64,000 nucleotides of DNA from Cenococcum geophilum (Eukaryota), in contig CP158635.1 in NCBI GenBank assembly GCA_050273025.1, forward strand, positions 23,498,001 to 23,562,000, in the 5' to 3' direction. Positions 1 through 15,000 of the stretch are shown here, one piece after another. A program made the translations under genes and the position numbers. Each line of letters opens with the position of its first letter. The first letter of the stretch is position 1. The notes beneath the pieces were generated by a model, which saw nothing but the letters and a program-made list of their open reading frames with translations, searched no databases and was not told the origin of the DNA.

Positions 1-2055
1 AACTTATGCTTTATTAATAAAATTAAGCACCCTAGTACTAATAAAGCTTTTAAAAAATTAAGGTTTATTATACAAGCCTATAATGACTAAGGAAAGGACC
101 TAGTCCTTACGCAATCGCCCATAATTTAACGAGTTAGTTAATGGATTATACTTGCACTTACGCCTGGACTACAGTAAAGTAAACCCGTAGTACTTTACCT
201 ACGGGATATCTCGCAAGCCTATGTGCAGTCTAATACCTACCTAAGTAGGGACATCTTTATACGGCCACCCCCCGAGCTTAACCTATAACTAGGAATAATC
301 CTATAGGTTGTAAAACCTCTATATAGAGTACCAGAAGCTAGAAACTATTGGTTTAAGACGTACCACTAGTATTACGTTAGTAAGCTTAAAATGGAACAGT
401 TAACCTATAACCCCTACCTCCTATACAGCCTATCGAACGGCCTTAGTATTGTTAGACTCTAAATAGACAATACCCTATTCCTAGCAGACTAGACCTTTGC
501 GGACGCTAAAGAAACTAAACTATAAAAGGCCAAGTTCTTAGCAAAGCCGTAAGAGTAGTTAACTAAGTAGAATCCGATTAAGTTTAACGGAGGCTTAATT
601 ATATAAAAGGGCAATTTAATCTAGCTAACTTAGAAACGCCAAGCTTAAAACCTAAAGCCCGTTATAGTAAAGCCTATAGACCTTACTAGTTCCTATAGAG
701 AGACCCGTAAGACCGTAAATATAAAGGACTAATACGCTGCACAGCGTGCAAGAGGCGCCTATATTGCTACAGTTTGCCAACCTAAATCTACCTACGACTT
801 ATCCTTTGCGGCCCAGGCAACAGACCTATAAGAAGAAAATGTTAAGCAGCTTAATAAGCGCATTTAGTGGCAAATTAACAATATAGTAAGGGGACTTACC
901 TTTATACCACTAAACCTAAACTCCCTTAGCCTACTAGTATTTACGGACACCTCCTTCGCCAATAATAAAGACCTATTATTATAAATCGGCTTTATAATTA
1001 TACTTACAGACCGCAATTAGGACGCAAATATACTATATTAGTCTTTAATTAAGTGCAAATAAGTAACCTAAAGTGTACTAGCTTCTAAACTATATACACT
1101 AGCCTATAGCTTTAATATAGCAGCCGTAATCAAATTAACGGTTTAGAAGATTCTATAACTGGAGCAGTTACCCCTAGTTTTATGCACCAATTTAAAGTCC
1201 CTCTATAACTGCCTAGTTAAACTAGGTACGATATAAGAGAAGAGGCTTATAGTCGACCTAATATGCTTACGTTAGGCCTACAAACGACGCGAGATTACGG
1301 AGGTTAAATGGATTAGCGGCGGAAACAACCTAGCAGATGCTATAACTAAGGCAAAGCCGTGTTAAGCCCTTAAAACCCTAATTAACACGAATAGGCTTAA
1401 CCTAGAAGTTATAGAATAGGTAGAACGGGACTAATAGAGCACCTACGGTACGTCTACGGCCCGTTAGAAGGCCGTACGGCTCGTTATACGGTACAGGTAA
1501 AAAACGGTAGAAAGCTACGGTAGAACTTAGTGGACTTACGTGACCTGCCGAATTTTGTAGGGTAGTTGAATTAACTAATCACGATTTTCTATCCCCGGGA
1601 TGGAAAATCGCCATTAGCTCGCTTAGCACTAGCGCCTTAGCGGCCCTTAAGATCTAACTTACGACCAGTTTAGAGCACCGTCTGGAAGGCAGTCTAGATG
1701 GCACCTTAGGGGGAGATTTCCTATGTACTTCCTTCACATCTTATGGTTCTATTTCTTATGTATTTCTTCTGTATTTTATAGTTCTATTAAAGCAATTACG
1801 GAGGCTGTATATAGGTGGTTTTATTTTTCAAGTACCGCTAGTGTATAATTACAGCACCTGTACCGACCGCATGCTTACGCGTTCGGTACACTAGGTACGC
1901 GTTTACGCGTTCGATGCACCAACTACTCGCTTACGCGTCTGGTGCACTTATAAAGCACTAACTAATTAGGGGGAGGCGCGTCAGTATATAGACCACGTAG
2001 TCTACCTCAATAAAATCGACAGTCACCATCATCCAAAAGAGCATACGATACTACA
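1..2055 (+). mobile_element. RIP-degenerate Ty1/copia LTR retrotransposon, 3' part (RT, RNase H, 3' LTR)
   Basis: After reverting RIP changes, copia motifs are readable: KPLYGVPEAGNHWFKTYH-like (~310-365), VFTDASFANNKD (~938-975), LCTDSKSLYDCLVKLG...EKRLMVD...NPADAMTK (~1180-1350). Many in-frame TAA/TAG stops and a strong TpA excess. Confidence 0.85.
1842..2055 (+). repeat. Putative 3' LTR of the plus-strand copia element
   Basis: TGTA...TACA termini, about 214 bp, downstream of the pol end; internal short ACGCGT-containing repeats. The partner LTR is not in the window. Confidence 0.5.
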
Positions 2056-2089
2056 CGTATTTCGTGCCCCTGGATCTGACTCACTCGTG

Positions 2090-5000
2090 CTATTAAGTTA
2101 GTACGAATACTAATAATTCTAAATAGGGTTTTTATAGTTGTAATAAGGAATTAGGGATTAAATATAAAAGTAGTTATTAAAAGCTTCTCTTTATAGTGCT
2201 TACTATAGGTAGCCTACTAATAAGTTCCTACCTCTATAATTCTATATAATGGCTTAAGTATAACTATAATCGTATCTTTAGGATACTAATAGCGAATTTG
2301 CTTTAGAAGGTATGCTAATATTAAGCACTAAAGGTGCGTCTTTAATTAGGTATAGGCTTAAGTAATATTTTATAAATAAACCGCTATTCTATTCTTTATT
2401 AAAAAGGGAGCTAATATAATAATAACTTACTAACTAGCTCGTTAAATTATAGGAGATTATATAAGAATTATCTCTTTACTATTATTATTATAACCTTAGA
2501 TAATAAGCCTTAATTTCTTAAATAGGGCGTTAATAGCTTTACCCTTAATTTTATTAACTATCCTTAACTTAAAGATACGAACTTTATTAAACTTAGTAAG
2601 GTTATACTTTTTAAATTTAAAAACTCCTCTTATAATAAGACCGTTAATCTCCTACTTATTAGATGCTTAGAAAGGAGCTCCTAGGGTTATAATATAACCT
2701 TCCTTTTAAAGCTATTTTATAAGCTTAAAGTTAGCCTTCTCTTTAGCTATTATAAAGGCCATTAATAACTTAACTTTATTCTTAATAGCGGTAATAAATT
2801 ATTCTTTAAAATTAATAAGATGTTAGCGATTTTATAATCCCTTTAGGCGACCTCTACTGCGTTATAGTTGTAGTATATTTACTATAATTATATTAGAATT
2901 ATAGTCGCCTTCTAGAGTACGTTAATTATAATTTTCCCTTAGGGTATCTTCTAGGGCATCCTATAAAGGCTTAGAATTATTATCTTTATAATAAGGCTTA
3001 ATAATAGTTAAATGGAATTAAGTAGATTTGTAAGGCATTTAAATAGTATAAGTTTAGCTATTAATTATAATAAATTAGTATAGGCCTAACTATCCTCCCT
3101 TTTTACGCTATACGCGTACTTTAAACTAGAGTAGTAGATTAAGCGTAGTTAAGGTATTTAGGCCATTTCTTATTCCTAGTGCGTTATTAACCTAGCGTAT
3201 AGCGTAGAGATATTATACCTCCTTTATTGCCTTATAAATAGCCTTAGCTTATTATATAATAAAGGAAGATAGTAAAGAATTATTAGTTATTTAAGGGTAG
3301 GCGCTAAAGACTAGTAATATAGGTATAAGTCTATTTGGGCTAGTAGAATTATAAATAGCTTTAATAGCTATTTATAAGGTAAGTTCTTTATTAATATTTT
3401 TTAGTTCTAAAGAGATAATCTTATATACGCGGCGTAATAGCGTATAATATCGTTCTACTTTTTTAATACTATTATATGCCTTAACGAGGACTTCCTTAAC
3501 CTTAATTGCTATTACCTTTATCTATTATTAGAACTTTATAGATAAGAAGTTCTTTCTTATATTATAGATAATTTAATTAGGGGGTTTTAAATAGATATTA
3601 ATCTAGTATAACTAAAGGGTATTCTATATATTTTTAGCTAATATATCTTTTAAGAAACGCGCAGCTTAGAAGGAGGTTAAGAAGTTAATAACTTAGAGCA
3701 CTAGCTTACCGCTAAGATATATAACGTTAATAATAATATAGAAGTTAAAGTCGTAGTTATCTTTAAGGGTAAACTTAAATCGGCTAGGGGACTTCTAGTT
3801 TATTTAGTAGTAATAGTAGTACTTTATAAAATGCTTAATTACCTTAACCTTAACTTTATAGCTTATTTACTAAAGAACCCTAAGCAATTAATAAACGGAT
3901 AGGTAGCTAAAACGACGGTATAGTTGGCGTAATTCCGACTTAGTTAAGTGGCTTTAAGTAATACTCTTTTCTAGTTAATAAAGGAGCAACTAGGGGTAAC
4001 CCTACTTGCGTATAATAGGTACCTAATTATCTCCCTAAATAAATATATTTTTAAGGTTATTAAGCCTAACGCCTAATTTATTTATATCTTTAATGCAAAA
4101 TAGAAATGGAGTATTTATAGGAATAATATAGAAGGTAATATACCCTAAGGGGGTTTAGACCCTAATTATGCTAAAAGAGGTTATAGTACCCTTGCTAAAA
4201 CAAATTATATATTAGCCTACTATTAAATAGTTAATCTAAATAGAGCTATTAAGCTGTTAAAGGGCTTAAACTTAAGGTTTTCCTACTATAGATACTCCTA
4301 CGGCTTTAGTATCTGGTATAATACTATAGAAAATATTTGCTAAGTATCTATTATTAAAGGAGAACGCGGAGCTCTCCTTTAGCTTATTAAAGATATTTAA
4401 CTTTATAATAGAATAGAGTATAGATTAGTTATTAAGAATAGTAACGGTTTATATACCATCTACCTTACTATACTTAGTAAAGTATTAGTTAGGAAAGTAG
4501 TTTTTAATTTCTATATCTATAAGGAGCTATTTAGTCTTATTAACCTTACCCTTAAAATTTTTTACGCCTTTATATTAAACTAGAAAGCTTTAAAAGTAGG
4601 CTATAGTAACCTTATAATTTTTAACGTTTCTTATACTTTAACGGAACTTATTATATACCTCCTTTTACTTATTAAGGGAGTGTCTAGTTAACTAGTAATT
4701 TGGCTTCTTATAAATATAGCACTTTTTTTAGCAATTACTTTAAAATAAACCTCTATAAGGACCTCCATAATTACCTTATAGTTAATATTAATTATACCCT
4801 CTTCCGTATTCCCTACTATAGCCACTATATATTTAATTAGTTTAGTTATAATTATATTAGTTAAGAATACTTATTTAGGTAGGGTTTTTGGTATAAAACT
4901 ATTAAGATTCTTATATTTGTATTGTAGTACCTATAGTAAAGTATAGCTTAGTATATACTCCTTTAAAACGTATCTATAGGTTTATATAGCGCTAAGTTAC

Positions 5001-6636
5001 ACTTAGGAATGCTATAGCATGCTAAAATAACCTAGTCCCTTAGGCTTTTTTTATTTTAGTAAGGCTATATTAGATTTTTTTAGAGTTTATTAAAGAGTAG
5101 TTAAAGGCACTTTAAACAAGTCTTTATTAGGTTAAAAGTAATAACTCTCTAAAATATAGTCTTTCGCTATTTAGATATATAAAGTTAGCAATTCTTATTA
5201 GTTTTAAAGTAGGCTTTAATAAGCTAAAGTATTATATTAAAGCTATAGTTTTTACCTATAATATAGTTATAATAGAATATTACTGCCCGTCCCTTTAACA
5301 TAATAAAGAAAGCATAGTAGTACTAGTAGTATTAAATTTTAACCTTATTATAATAGTTATAGAAGACCTATAGTTTTACTCTAAGTATATTATATAGTTC
5401 TCCTTTAAACTTCTTCTCTTCGTCTAAATATACCTTTATTAGGTTTGTAACTTCTTATAGTAAAGGCTTACCGGTTAGCTAGGATAGAGGGGGTAAAGGT
5501 AATAGAGGGGGTAGCGGAAGAGTACCTTTAGGTAGGAGAGTACCTTCTAGTAAAAGAGTACCTCTAAGTAGGGGATTAGCGTTCTAGAGGTTTTAATACG
5601 AATTAAAGTTACCTTTTAAAGAATATAGGTTAGTTTTAGGTTTCCGTAGTTAACGTATAATCTTAGCTTTTGTCTATACTAGTTCTTTTATACTAATAAT
5701 AACGGCCTAAATATTACTAGTAATTGGGTTACTATTCTTAGTAATATATACCCTATTTCCATAAAGGAAGTCTTAGAAATCCTAAACAATATTAATATTA
5801 CTAAGTGCCTAAGTATTAGCGGTCTATTCTATAAAATCCTCCCTAAAATATTCCTATAGTTATAAATTAGCATAGTATCTACTTTAGTAAAATAATATAT
5901 AGTATAGGAGAAAGCTATTAACTTGTTTTACGGTATAAGTTATTATATTAATAGTAAATTCGTCCTAATTTTTATTAATAACTTTTATGTATATAGCTAC
6001 CCTTAGTAATAAGGAGTCTTCCTAGTTGTTTAAAGTAGGCGTAGCCATATTTTTAGAGGGAGGGAAGTGTTATTGGTTTAGGGATTATTATTTAGTACGC
6101 GTTTATAATATGTATTTATTGTTTAGTATGCATTTATAATATATATTTGCGATTATAGGGCTTAGGACTAGTTTTGGCCTTAAATTACAAAGACTTATAA
6201 AGTGTGTTATTCTATATAATAGACGCAAGAATCTATAATCTTAAAAAGGCTTAGGACCAGTTCTAGCCTTTAAATCCTTAGATTTGTAAAAGAGTTCTAT
6301 TTAAGGTTTAGGACTAGTTCTAACCTTAAAAGACAGCTTCCTCTAGTATAAGTAGTACTGGTATAGTAGCTTGTTTCTTCTTAGTGGAATACCTAGCTAT
6401 TCTATAGTATAATAGTAAAGTTAACTACTAATTAGTATTGGTTATATAAGGGGATATTATATAGCTACGGTTTGTAGATAATATAATAATTGTTATTATA
6501 TATTTTCTTTCTACTTAAGGAAAGGCGAGGAGCTTAAGGCTCCTTGCCACGCTAGTGCCGCAGCGACACGTAACGGCAACTTGCCTTATATGACGGTAAC
6601 TTGCCTCGTATAATGGTAACTTGCTTATATTCCTAA
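2090..6636 (-). mobile_element. RIP-degenerate copia element (5' LTR, gag, protease, integrase), truncated at the left by the first element
   Basis: The minus strand shows the GAG-pre-integrase RQLHRRFGH-like motif (~3900-3930) and integrase core motifs KSPGRFKFTLKDD, WIDVYLGPP, EAHNSVGKVERYH (~3440-3800), all RIP-altered. LTR-like end at ~6474-6636. Confidence 0.8.
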
Positions 6637-6639
6637 TAA

Positions 6640-9387
6640 TAACCTACTTATTAAAGAACCCTAGGCAATTAATAAACTAATAGGTGACTAAAACGGCGGT
6701 ATAATTGGCGTAACTTTAACTTAGTTAAATGGCTCTAAGTAACGCTCTTTTTTAGTTATTAAAGGAGTAACTAAGGGTAACCCTACTTACGTATAATAGG
6801 TACCTAACTATCTCCCTATATAAGTATATTCTTAAGGTTATTAAGCTTAACGCCTAATTTATTTATATCTCTAATATAGAATAGAAATAGGGTATTTATA
6901 GGAATAATATAGAAAGTAATATATCCTAAGGGGGTTTAGACCCTAATTATACTAAGAAAGATTATAGTACCTTTACTAAAACAAATTATATATTGGCCTA
7001 CCATTAATTAGTTAATCTAAATAGAGCTATTAAGCTGCTAGAGAGCTTAAACTTAAGGTTCTCCTACTATAGATACTTCTACGGCTTTAGTATCTAGTAT
7101 AATACTATAGAAGATATTCACTAAATATCTATTATCGAAGGAGAACGTAGAGCTCTCCTTTAGCTTATTAAAGATATTTAACTTTATAATAGAATAAAGC
7201 GTAAATTAGTTATTAAGAATAGTAACAGTTTATATACCATCTACCTTACTATACTTAGTAAAGTATTAGTTAGGTAAGTAGTCCTTAATTTCTATATCTA
7301 TAAGGAGCTATTTAGCCTTATTAACCTCACCCTTAAAATCTTCTACGCCTTTATATTAAATTAGGAAGCTTTAAAAGTAGGCTATAATAACCTTATAATT
7401 TCTAGCGTTTTTTATACTTTAGCAAAACTTATTATATACCTCCTTTTATTTATTAAAAGAATGCCTAGTTAACTAGCAATTTAGTTTCTTATAAACGTAA
7501 TACTTTTTTTAGCAATTACTTTAAAATAAACCTCTATAAGGACCTCTATAATTACCTTATAGTTAATATTAATTATACTTTTTACTATATTCCCTACCAC
7601 GGCTACTATATATTTAGTTAATCTAGTTATAATTATATTAGTTAGGAATACTTAGTTAGGTAAGGTTTTTAGTATAAAACTATTAAGATTCTTATATTTA
7701 TATCGCAGTACCTATAGTAGAGCGTAGCTTAGTATATACTCCTTTAAATATATTTATAGGTTTATATAGCGCTAAATTATACTTAGGAACGCTATAGTAG
7801 GCTAAGATAACCTAGTCCCTTAGGCTATTCTTATTTTAGTAAGTTTTAGTAAGGACACGTTAGATTTTCTAGAGTTTATTAAAGAGTAGTTAAAGGCACT
7901 CTAAATAAGTCTTTATTAAGTTAGAAGTAATAACTCTTTAAAATATAGTCTCCTACTATTTAGATATATAAAGCTAGCAATTCTTATTAGTTTTAAAGTG
8001 GGCTTTAGTAAGCTAAAGCATTATATTAAAGCTATAGTTTCTACCTATAATATAGTTATAATAAAATATCGCTACCTGTCCCTTTAATATAATAAAGAAA
8101 GCGTAATAGTACTAATAGCCTTAAATTTTAATCTTATTACAATAGTTATAAAAGACCTATAGTTTTATTCTAAGTATATTATATAGTTCTCCTTTAAACT
8201 TCTTCTCTTTGTCTAAATATATCTTTATTAAATTTATAACTTCTTATAATAAAGGCTTACTAGTTAGCTAGAATAGAGAAGTTAAAGGCAGCGGAGGAGG
8301 TAAAGAAAAAGTACCTTTAGGTAGGAGGGTACCTCCTAATAAAAGAGTACCTTTAGGTAGAGGATTAGCATTCTAGGGGTTTTAATATAAATTAAAGTTG
8401 CCTTTTAAAGAATATGGGTTAGTTTTAGGTTTTTATAGTTAATATATAATCTTAGCTTCCGTCTATACTAGTTCTTCTATACTAATAATAACGGCCTAAA
8501 TATTACTAGTAATTAGGTTACCGTTTTTAGTAATATATACCCTATTTCTGTAGAGAAAGTCTTAAAAATCCCAAACAATATTAACGTTGCTAAGTACCTA
8601 GGTATTAGCAGTCTATCCTATAAAATCTTCCCTAAAATACTCCTATAGTTATAAATTAGTGTAATATCTATTTCGGTAGAATATAATATAGTATAGAAGA
8701 AAGCCGTTAACCTGTTTTATGGTATAAGTTATTATATTAAAGGCGAATTCGTCCCAATCTTTATTAATAAGTTTCGCGTACTTAGCCACCCTTAGTAGTA
8801 AGGAGTCTTTTTAGTCATTTAAAGTAGCTATATTTTTAGAGGAAGGGATATATTATTAGTATAGGGATTGTTATTTAGTACGCGTTTATAATATATATTT
8901 ACGATTATAGGGCTTATGACTAGTTTTAGCCTTAAATTACAAAAACTTATAAAGCGTGTTATTCTATATAATAGACGCAAGAATCTATAATCTAGGAAAG
9001 GCTTAAGACTAGTTTTAGCCTTTAAATCCTTAGATTTATAGAAGAGTTCTATTTAAGGTTTAGGACTAATTCTAACCTTAAAAGACAGCTTCCTCTAGCA
9101 CGAGTAGCACTAGTATAATAGCTTATCTCTTCTTAGTGGAATACCTAGCTATTCTATGGTATAATAGTAAAGTTAACCACTAATTAGTGTTAGTCTTATA
9201 AGGTAATATCACGTAGCTATGGTTTGTAGATAGTATAATAATTATTATTCTATATCTTCTTTTTTAAAAAAGGGCAAGGAGCTTAAGGCTCCTCGCTACG
9301 CTTGTGCCGCGGTAATATATAACGGCAAATTGCCTTATATAACGGCAACTTGCCTTACGTAAAGGCAACTTACTTATATTCCCAACA
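6640..9387 (-). mobile_element. Second, collinear copy of the same copia 5' region (LTR-gag-protease)
   Basis: 6652-9387 aligns by eye with 3871-6636 (offset about 2.78 kb), differing mainly by C/T and G/A transitions. It ends in TATTCCCAACA, i.e. an LTR start TGTTGGGAATA on the minus strand. Confidence 0.85.
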
Positions 9388-11284
9388 TATAACGTTATAT
9401 AAAGATAGTAATACTAAAATTACGAAAATTAACTCTAGATTTTGGCTCTAGATTTTAATACTTACCTAAAGTTTATTAAAATTAACCTAATTACTACCAA
9501 TTTTAATACTCTTAAACTCCTCTTAATATTATAGCGATATTCTAATATACCTAATAATATTATAGAGCCGTTTAAGGGCGTCCTACCTTCGCTAAATCCT
9601 TATAATTAACTTAAAGTCTTACTTCTTATAGGCCGACTCCAGCTCCTTTAAAGTAGTATTTACCTTTTTACCTAAGAGGAAAGCCTAGGCGTAGAGGTTA
9701 ACTATATAGCTAAGATACTATAATTAACGTCTCTTCTATTATTTTGCTGATATCTTTAAATATAAAGTCTTAAGAATTAGATTAATGGCCGTGTTATTAC
9801 TTAACGCGTTATTAAGTATAAAAAACCTAATTTTACCCCTAATCTTATACTCGCTAATTATATTAAGGATAATTTAGGCTTAATTAGCGCTAGAGTACTT
9901 GCCTTTAAGCCGTTATATTATAAGAAGCTTTATCTACTAGGCACCGTTTTTATTAATATAATAGGCAACAATTATAATAATAGTGTAGTAATTAGGAGAC
10001 GTTTAGAGGTTAAAGGATAGGTATATATTTAATTAAGCTTCTTATAAGTTATTCCGCAGTTGCCGCTTTTACTTTTTAAACTTTTTAATAACCTAACCGC
10101 GTATTATAATATAAGACGGAATTAACTTTATAAGGCCTTTATAAGTATACTATATTAGCTCTAAAAAAAGGTGTTCTTAATTTGGTAATATATAATATAG
10201 TAATATATAAGCTAGCGAATTAGTAAGATTTTAAAGCGCTTAAACTAGATATTCCAGATATAATCTTAATGGCTAATATACTACTTAATTAAACCTTTTA
10301 ACTTAATTAGATTGCCTTTAGTACTTACTTAATAAGTTCTTTTCTAATACGTAAGTATAGTAGAGTTGCCGTTAAGCTTTAATTACTAATTAGAGAGCAG
10401 CTAATATAGGTAGGAGAGTTTCTTACTAAGCGGCTAATAGATCGTATCCTTCTTCTTATCTAAGCACTAATAATAGTAATAGTATCTAGTTCCTATTACC
10501 TTGTGCATAATTGTAAAGCCTTTTCCGTCACCCTATATATGCAAAGACTTCTTTTTACTACGCCTTTGGCCTACGAGGTTAGCAACTTTATAATACTATT
10601 AGCTATAAAGCTTAATTTAAATCGGCTCGTTAAATTGGTATAGTGGGAAAGGCTCTTACTTAGGTTTAGATTTAGGTTCGTAATAGGTAAGAGGCTCCGC
10701 CTCTACCTCTATTGCATTCGCAGTTATCTTTAAGCGCTTCCTTTTTCTACTACCAGAGGCCTTACTATATCGCTTATAAGGAATAGCAGGAGCCTTACCT
10801 ATAGCACAGCTGCTTAATGCATGGCTACTTCCCCCCGCGCGCGTTAATCGGCCGGTGATAGTAATAAAGTTCTCTATATAATTAGAGGATTAAAATAGTT
10901 AAGAAATAAGGGTAGAGATAAGGGTAATAATTAAAGGCAAGGCATAGGTATAAATAGGGATTTATAACCTTATCTAGATTAACTTCTTTGGATTAAGCTG
11001 GCTATTTATAAAACCTTAAACGGATTAAATCGGGAGTTATTTGATTTTGATTATTATTGCGGAACGATTTTGGGCCAATATACAAGCCATAGCTCCCTCG
11101 GGGTGACGACTCCTCTTACCTAAAACCTCACCACTAAGGCCTATTGGTTATACCGGATATTGGTTATCTTTAAAGCTTTAAAACTAATCCAGATTGAGCT
11201 AATCAAATTGGATAAACCGGATCTAGTTTAGATTTTGCTTTATCTATACTAAACTAAAGTGTATCCAATCTAGTTGCATTACTA
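9388..11284 (-). mobile_element. RIP-degenerate hAT-family DNA transposon, 5' part, interrupted by the copia insertion
   Basis: Minus-strand KIHLSFDLWTSPN-like hAT motif at ~9990-10030. The terminal region (11140-11284) has short repeats and ends in a RIP-altered CAGTG-type terminus (minus strand TAGTAATGCAAC). Confidence 0.65.
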
Positions 11285-12081
11285 GTCTACCTTAGTATCT
11301 TCTATATAGTTACTACGTTATCTACTAAGCGTTCCTTTTCTACCCTAAGGCTAAGGGGGACTATAAGGATTTTGACAAGATAGTTTTCTCGAAGTACCTT
11401 CACGCCGATACGTTCTCCTAACTTATCCCCTACCCTTATAGCTCGTTCTTTCGCTTATTAGTCTCTAAGGATGACCTTAATATCTCCGCTTCTAAGATGT
11501 TATACCGCGACGGCGTCTTAGACCCCAAGTTTCCATATATATATTTATAATGCAATAAATAAAATTATTATTAATAATACTAATTTTATCTAGTATTATA
11601 TAGACCCTATTGTAGTACTTACCCCTAAATACTTTACGCCTTACGGTTAAGTTCTCTATCCTTTAGTTATAAATTTCTAGCTAAGAAAAAGGTTGTTAAT
11701 ACAAAAGCATTTAATTCTTAAGACAAGGGTTTTAAGTATTTTACTATTGAGAATATTTATCTACTACTACGCTTATATAAAATAGAGCATATTACTTAAT
11801 TAGCTGCTTAGAAAACACTTAAGATTCTTTAAAAGTAAAGTAAAGAGCTAAAGGATAGTTATTAAGTTGCAGATAGCATTTCTACACTTCTAGGAGCAGA
11901 ATGTTCAGTTTTGAGGGGAAAATGTAAAAAATAGCTAGAGGGTTGATTTAATTACTCGTCCAACCTCCTGATTGAGAGCGGCATACTCGATATCTCTTTC
12001 TCGGAAATCTATGATTTCAATGATGAATGTAGTATTTTGGAACTTTTCCCCAAACTAAAAATTTGGAGTGAGACTCTCAGT

Positions 12082-15000
12082 CTAACGTCGATTGCGATGC
12101 TCTTCAGCGGTTTTCGCATATTGACATAGGGCAGACAGGGTCTGTTCGTAACCCCACTCTGTTGTAGGAATCCTCAGCTGCGACTTGCCATTCTCAGCTG
12201 TCTCGAGTACTTTTGAGTAGTCTGCGTTACCTTCAATAATGAGGACCTTACACATTTCTAACTTTCCTCCAGCAACCGCATACATTAAGGGTGTGTAATT
12301 GTTATTGCAACACGGAGCGTCAACCTCAACCTTAGTAGTGTTCAATAACAGTCTAACGACTTGTGGATTCCCGGAGAGAGCCGCAATGGAGAGTGTGGAC
12401 CGGCCGTCATCGTCTATCGCTCCGATGCCGTCTGGATAACGCTGGATTAAGATGGGAATAATTTTCTCATGACCATGTTTTGCTGCAATGTGGATCAGAT
12501 TTTCCCCCTCGGCATATGTCCGCTGCAACTGAGACTGCATCTCGGGTTGTTGACACAGAAATTCCACGACATCCGCTTTGCCAAATTGCACAGCTTGCTG
12601 AAGAGCAGTACAGCCATATTCAGAATAGTCTTTTAGACTAAGTCGTCTAATTTTGTCGCGTTCCTGATCCAGGAGGTATTCCACAGAGAAAAGGTCGCCC
12701 ATGCGCGCCGCGTTGTACAACAGCCAGGACCATGTATCTTCTTCAACAGTGGCGTTCTCTACGAGGAACTCGAAAATCTTGGTTCGTTGTCTCTTTACCA
12801 GATCCAGGTCCGTATTGGCTCGATATTTTCCAGGTAATGCAATTAAAAGGATCTTGTAGTCGCGATATTTTGCGACGGTCCTAAAAAAAATTGTTTCGAC
12901 AAGATCCTTATAACCTCTTTCGATAGCCATCGTCAAAGCGTTTCGATAAAAGGCGCCGTCTGACTTTGAAAAGCTAATTTCGCCTTCGGGAAATTTATCT
13001 AGAAGGAAACTGGAGATGTTGACATGGTTGTACTGAACAGCCTCGTATAAACACTCTCCAAGTGCTATTTGAGCAAGCCCACCAACCTCGTGTTTGAAAA
13101 GTTCGTTAATGGAATGTAGACTTCCCCGACGTGCAGCCCAGACGCATGCGAGTTTGAAGGAGTCGTGCGAGCGGGCCACGCTACTTGAAAGAATCTTGCG
13201 AATAGTGTGAGGATGGTCGAATGTTGCGGCGACAAGGAGGGGATCTAGACTCTCGAAATCCGGAAATTCCCATGACTCATTTACTCGGCCGTATGCTCTT
13301 CGGTAGGTTTCAGACCAGTTCCACAGGACAGTAGAATTGTGCTTGGAGAGCGCTACAGCATTCTTCACAAGTCTGCAAGCTTGATCTTTGCTGGCACAGG
13401 CGAGGTGATGGGCCCAATGGTAGGAGGCATAACTGAAATAAGCATCAGGGCAGTACTCCAAAACTGGAAGATTGTTTTCGCCCTCCGCCGTGGAGGGGCT
13501 CGTTTCGGAATCATTCCAGAGAGAGTCGCTTAGACAGATGAAATCGTCGAGCAGTTCACCTTTCCGGCCATAAAGATTGTTGTCTTCAAACTCCTCGAGT
13601 GACAGATACACAACACAGCTACGGGCAACTAGCCCGTGGAAGAACTGATCCTGGCACTTAGGTAAGGTACCGTCTATGCTTATCTCGCCTTTGAAAATTG
13701 ACTCAGGCAGCTGGGCGCTCAGGAGAAAGTCTTTGAGGGACTGATGAAACAGAGTTATATGAGGTTCCTCAATCCTAGTGAAGGGACTTAAGAGGCTGCG
13801 AATCCGCTTTTCGTCGAGCATTTCACGTAGCTCCTCCATGGTGGACGGTTGATTTTCGCTCGATCCAAGGGTCAGGGTGAATGATAATTCGTTGACGGTT
13901 AGAGGTCTAACCGCTACTGTAAGAATGCCAAGTGCCTGTAAAACGTAGCGAGCGTTTGGGGGTTCCAGCCGTCCAATCATCTTTGCGTACATTTTTTCCA
14001 GATCCGAAGGGATATCTTTGAGAAGTTTCTTCAGACCAACGATATTCGGTAACCCGGTTTCGGTTGACTTGAGATACTCCAATACAACCTTCACCCAAAG
14101 AGCACAGTTTCCAGCGTTTTGGGAAAGAAAGTCGAGGAGGAAGGCCTGAACTTCTCCATTAGCATATCTTTGGCTGAAGAATTGGTCGACATGATGTTTC
14201 ACAATCAGCGGCATATCTTTTTGTTGGTAGTTCTCTAATGGAATACGGACAGGTTGTGATGAGAACTGGTCGAATACCCCAGGCCGATCGAACACCCGAG
14301 GCCTAGCGGATAGAAGACACTTGATGCGTGATGACGTTGGTAAATCGAAATATAAACCACCCAAAAATTTGAGCAAGCTTTCGCGGGAGGCTTGGTCACA
14401 TTCATCGATTGCGTCGATGACGATGAAGAATGGACACTCCGCTTCCCGAATTAAAGACGATACTAACTTTTCTAGTTCGCCCTCTGTTGCTAAAATTGAT
14501 GCTTCTGCTGCGAAAATCGATGCTTTTCTTTTCTTCACTCGCTCAATTAGGCGGGTCAACAAGTGTCTTTCTTGGTCGATCACCTGAGCAGCCAAACTTC
14601 GGAGAATGGTCATGTATTTGCTCCTTTCTCCGTCCTCCCTGCAAAAGAATGAGCATATAACTGGCAGGTCTGGCCCGGATTTGTCTCCAAATTTCTGCTC
14701 CAAGGAATCCACAATGGTGGCCATCGCCATAGTTTTGCCGCTGCCCGGATATCCATACACAGAGATAATGTTTGGCTCAGGCTGGTCACGCCAGGTAACG
14801 AATGGTGAGTTCAAATTTCCAAAAAACAAACTGCCGCTATCTTTCGCGCGACTTTCACGAAGCGTTCGCCGGAAATCAACCTCGCTCAGAGGGTTCGACT
14901 GAAGATTCTCTTTACAACGGCGCTCTGTTCCATTCTTAGTAATTTCTTCTTATACGTTGATCTCTTCTTACCATCTTCCAGTAATTTATCAATCTTCTTG

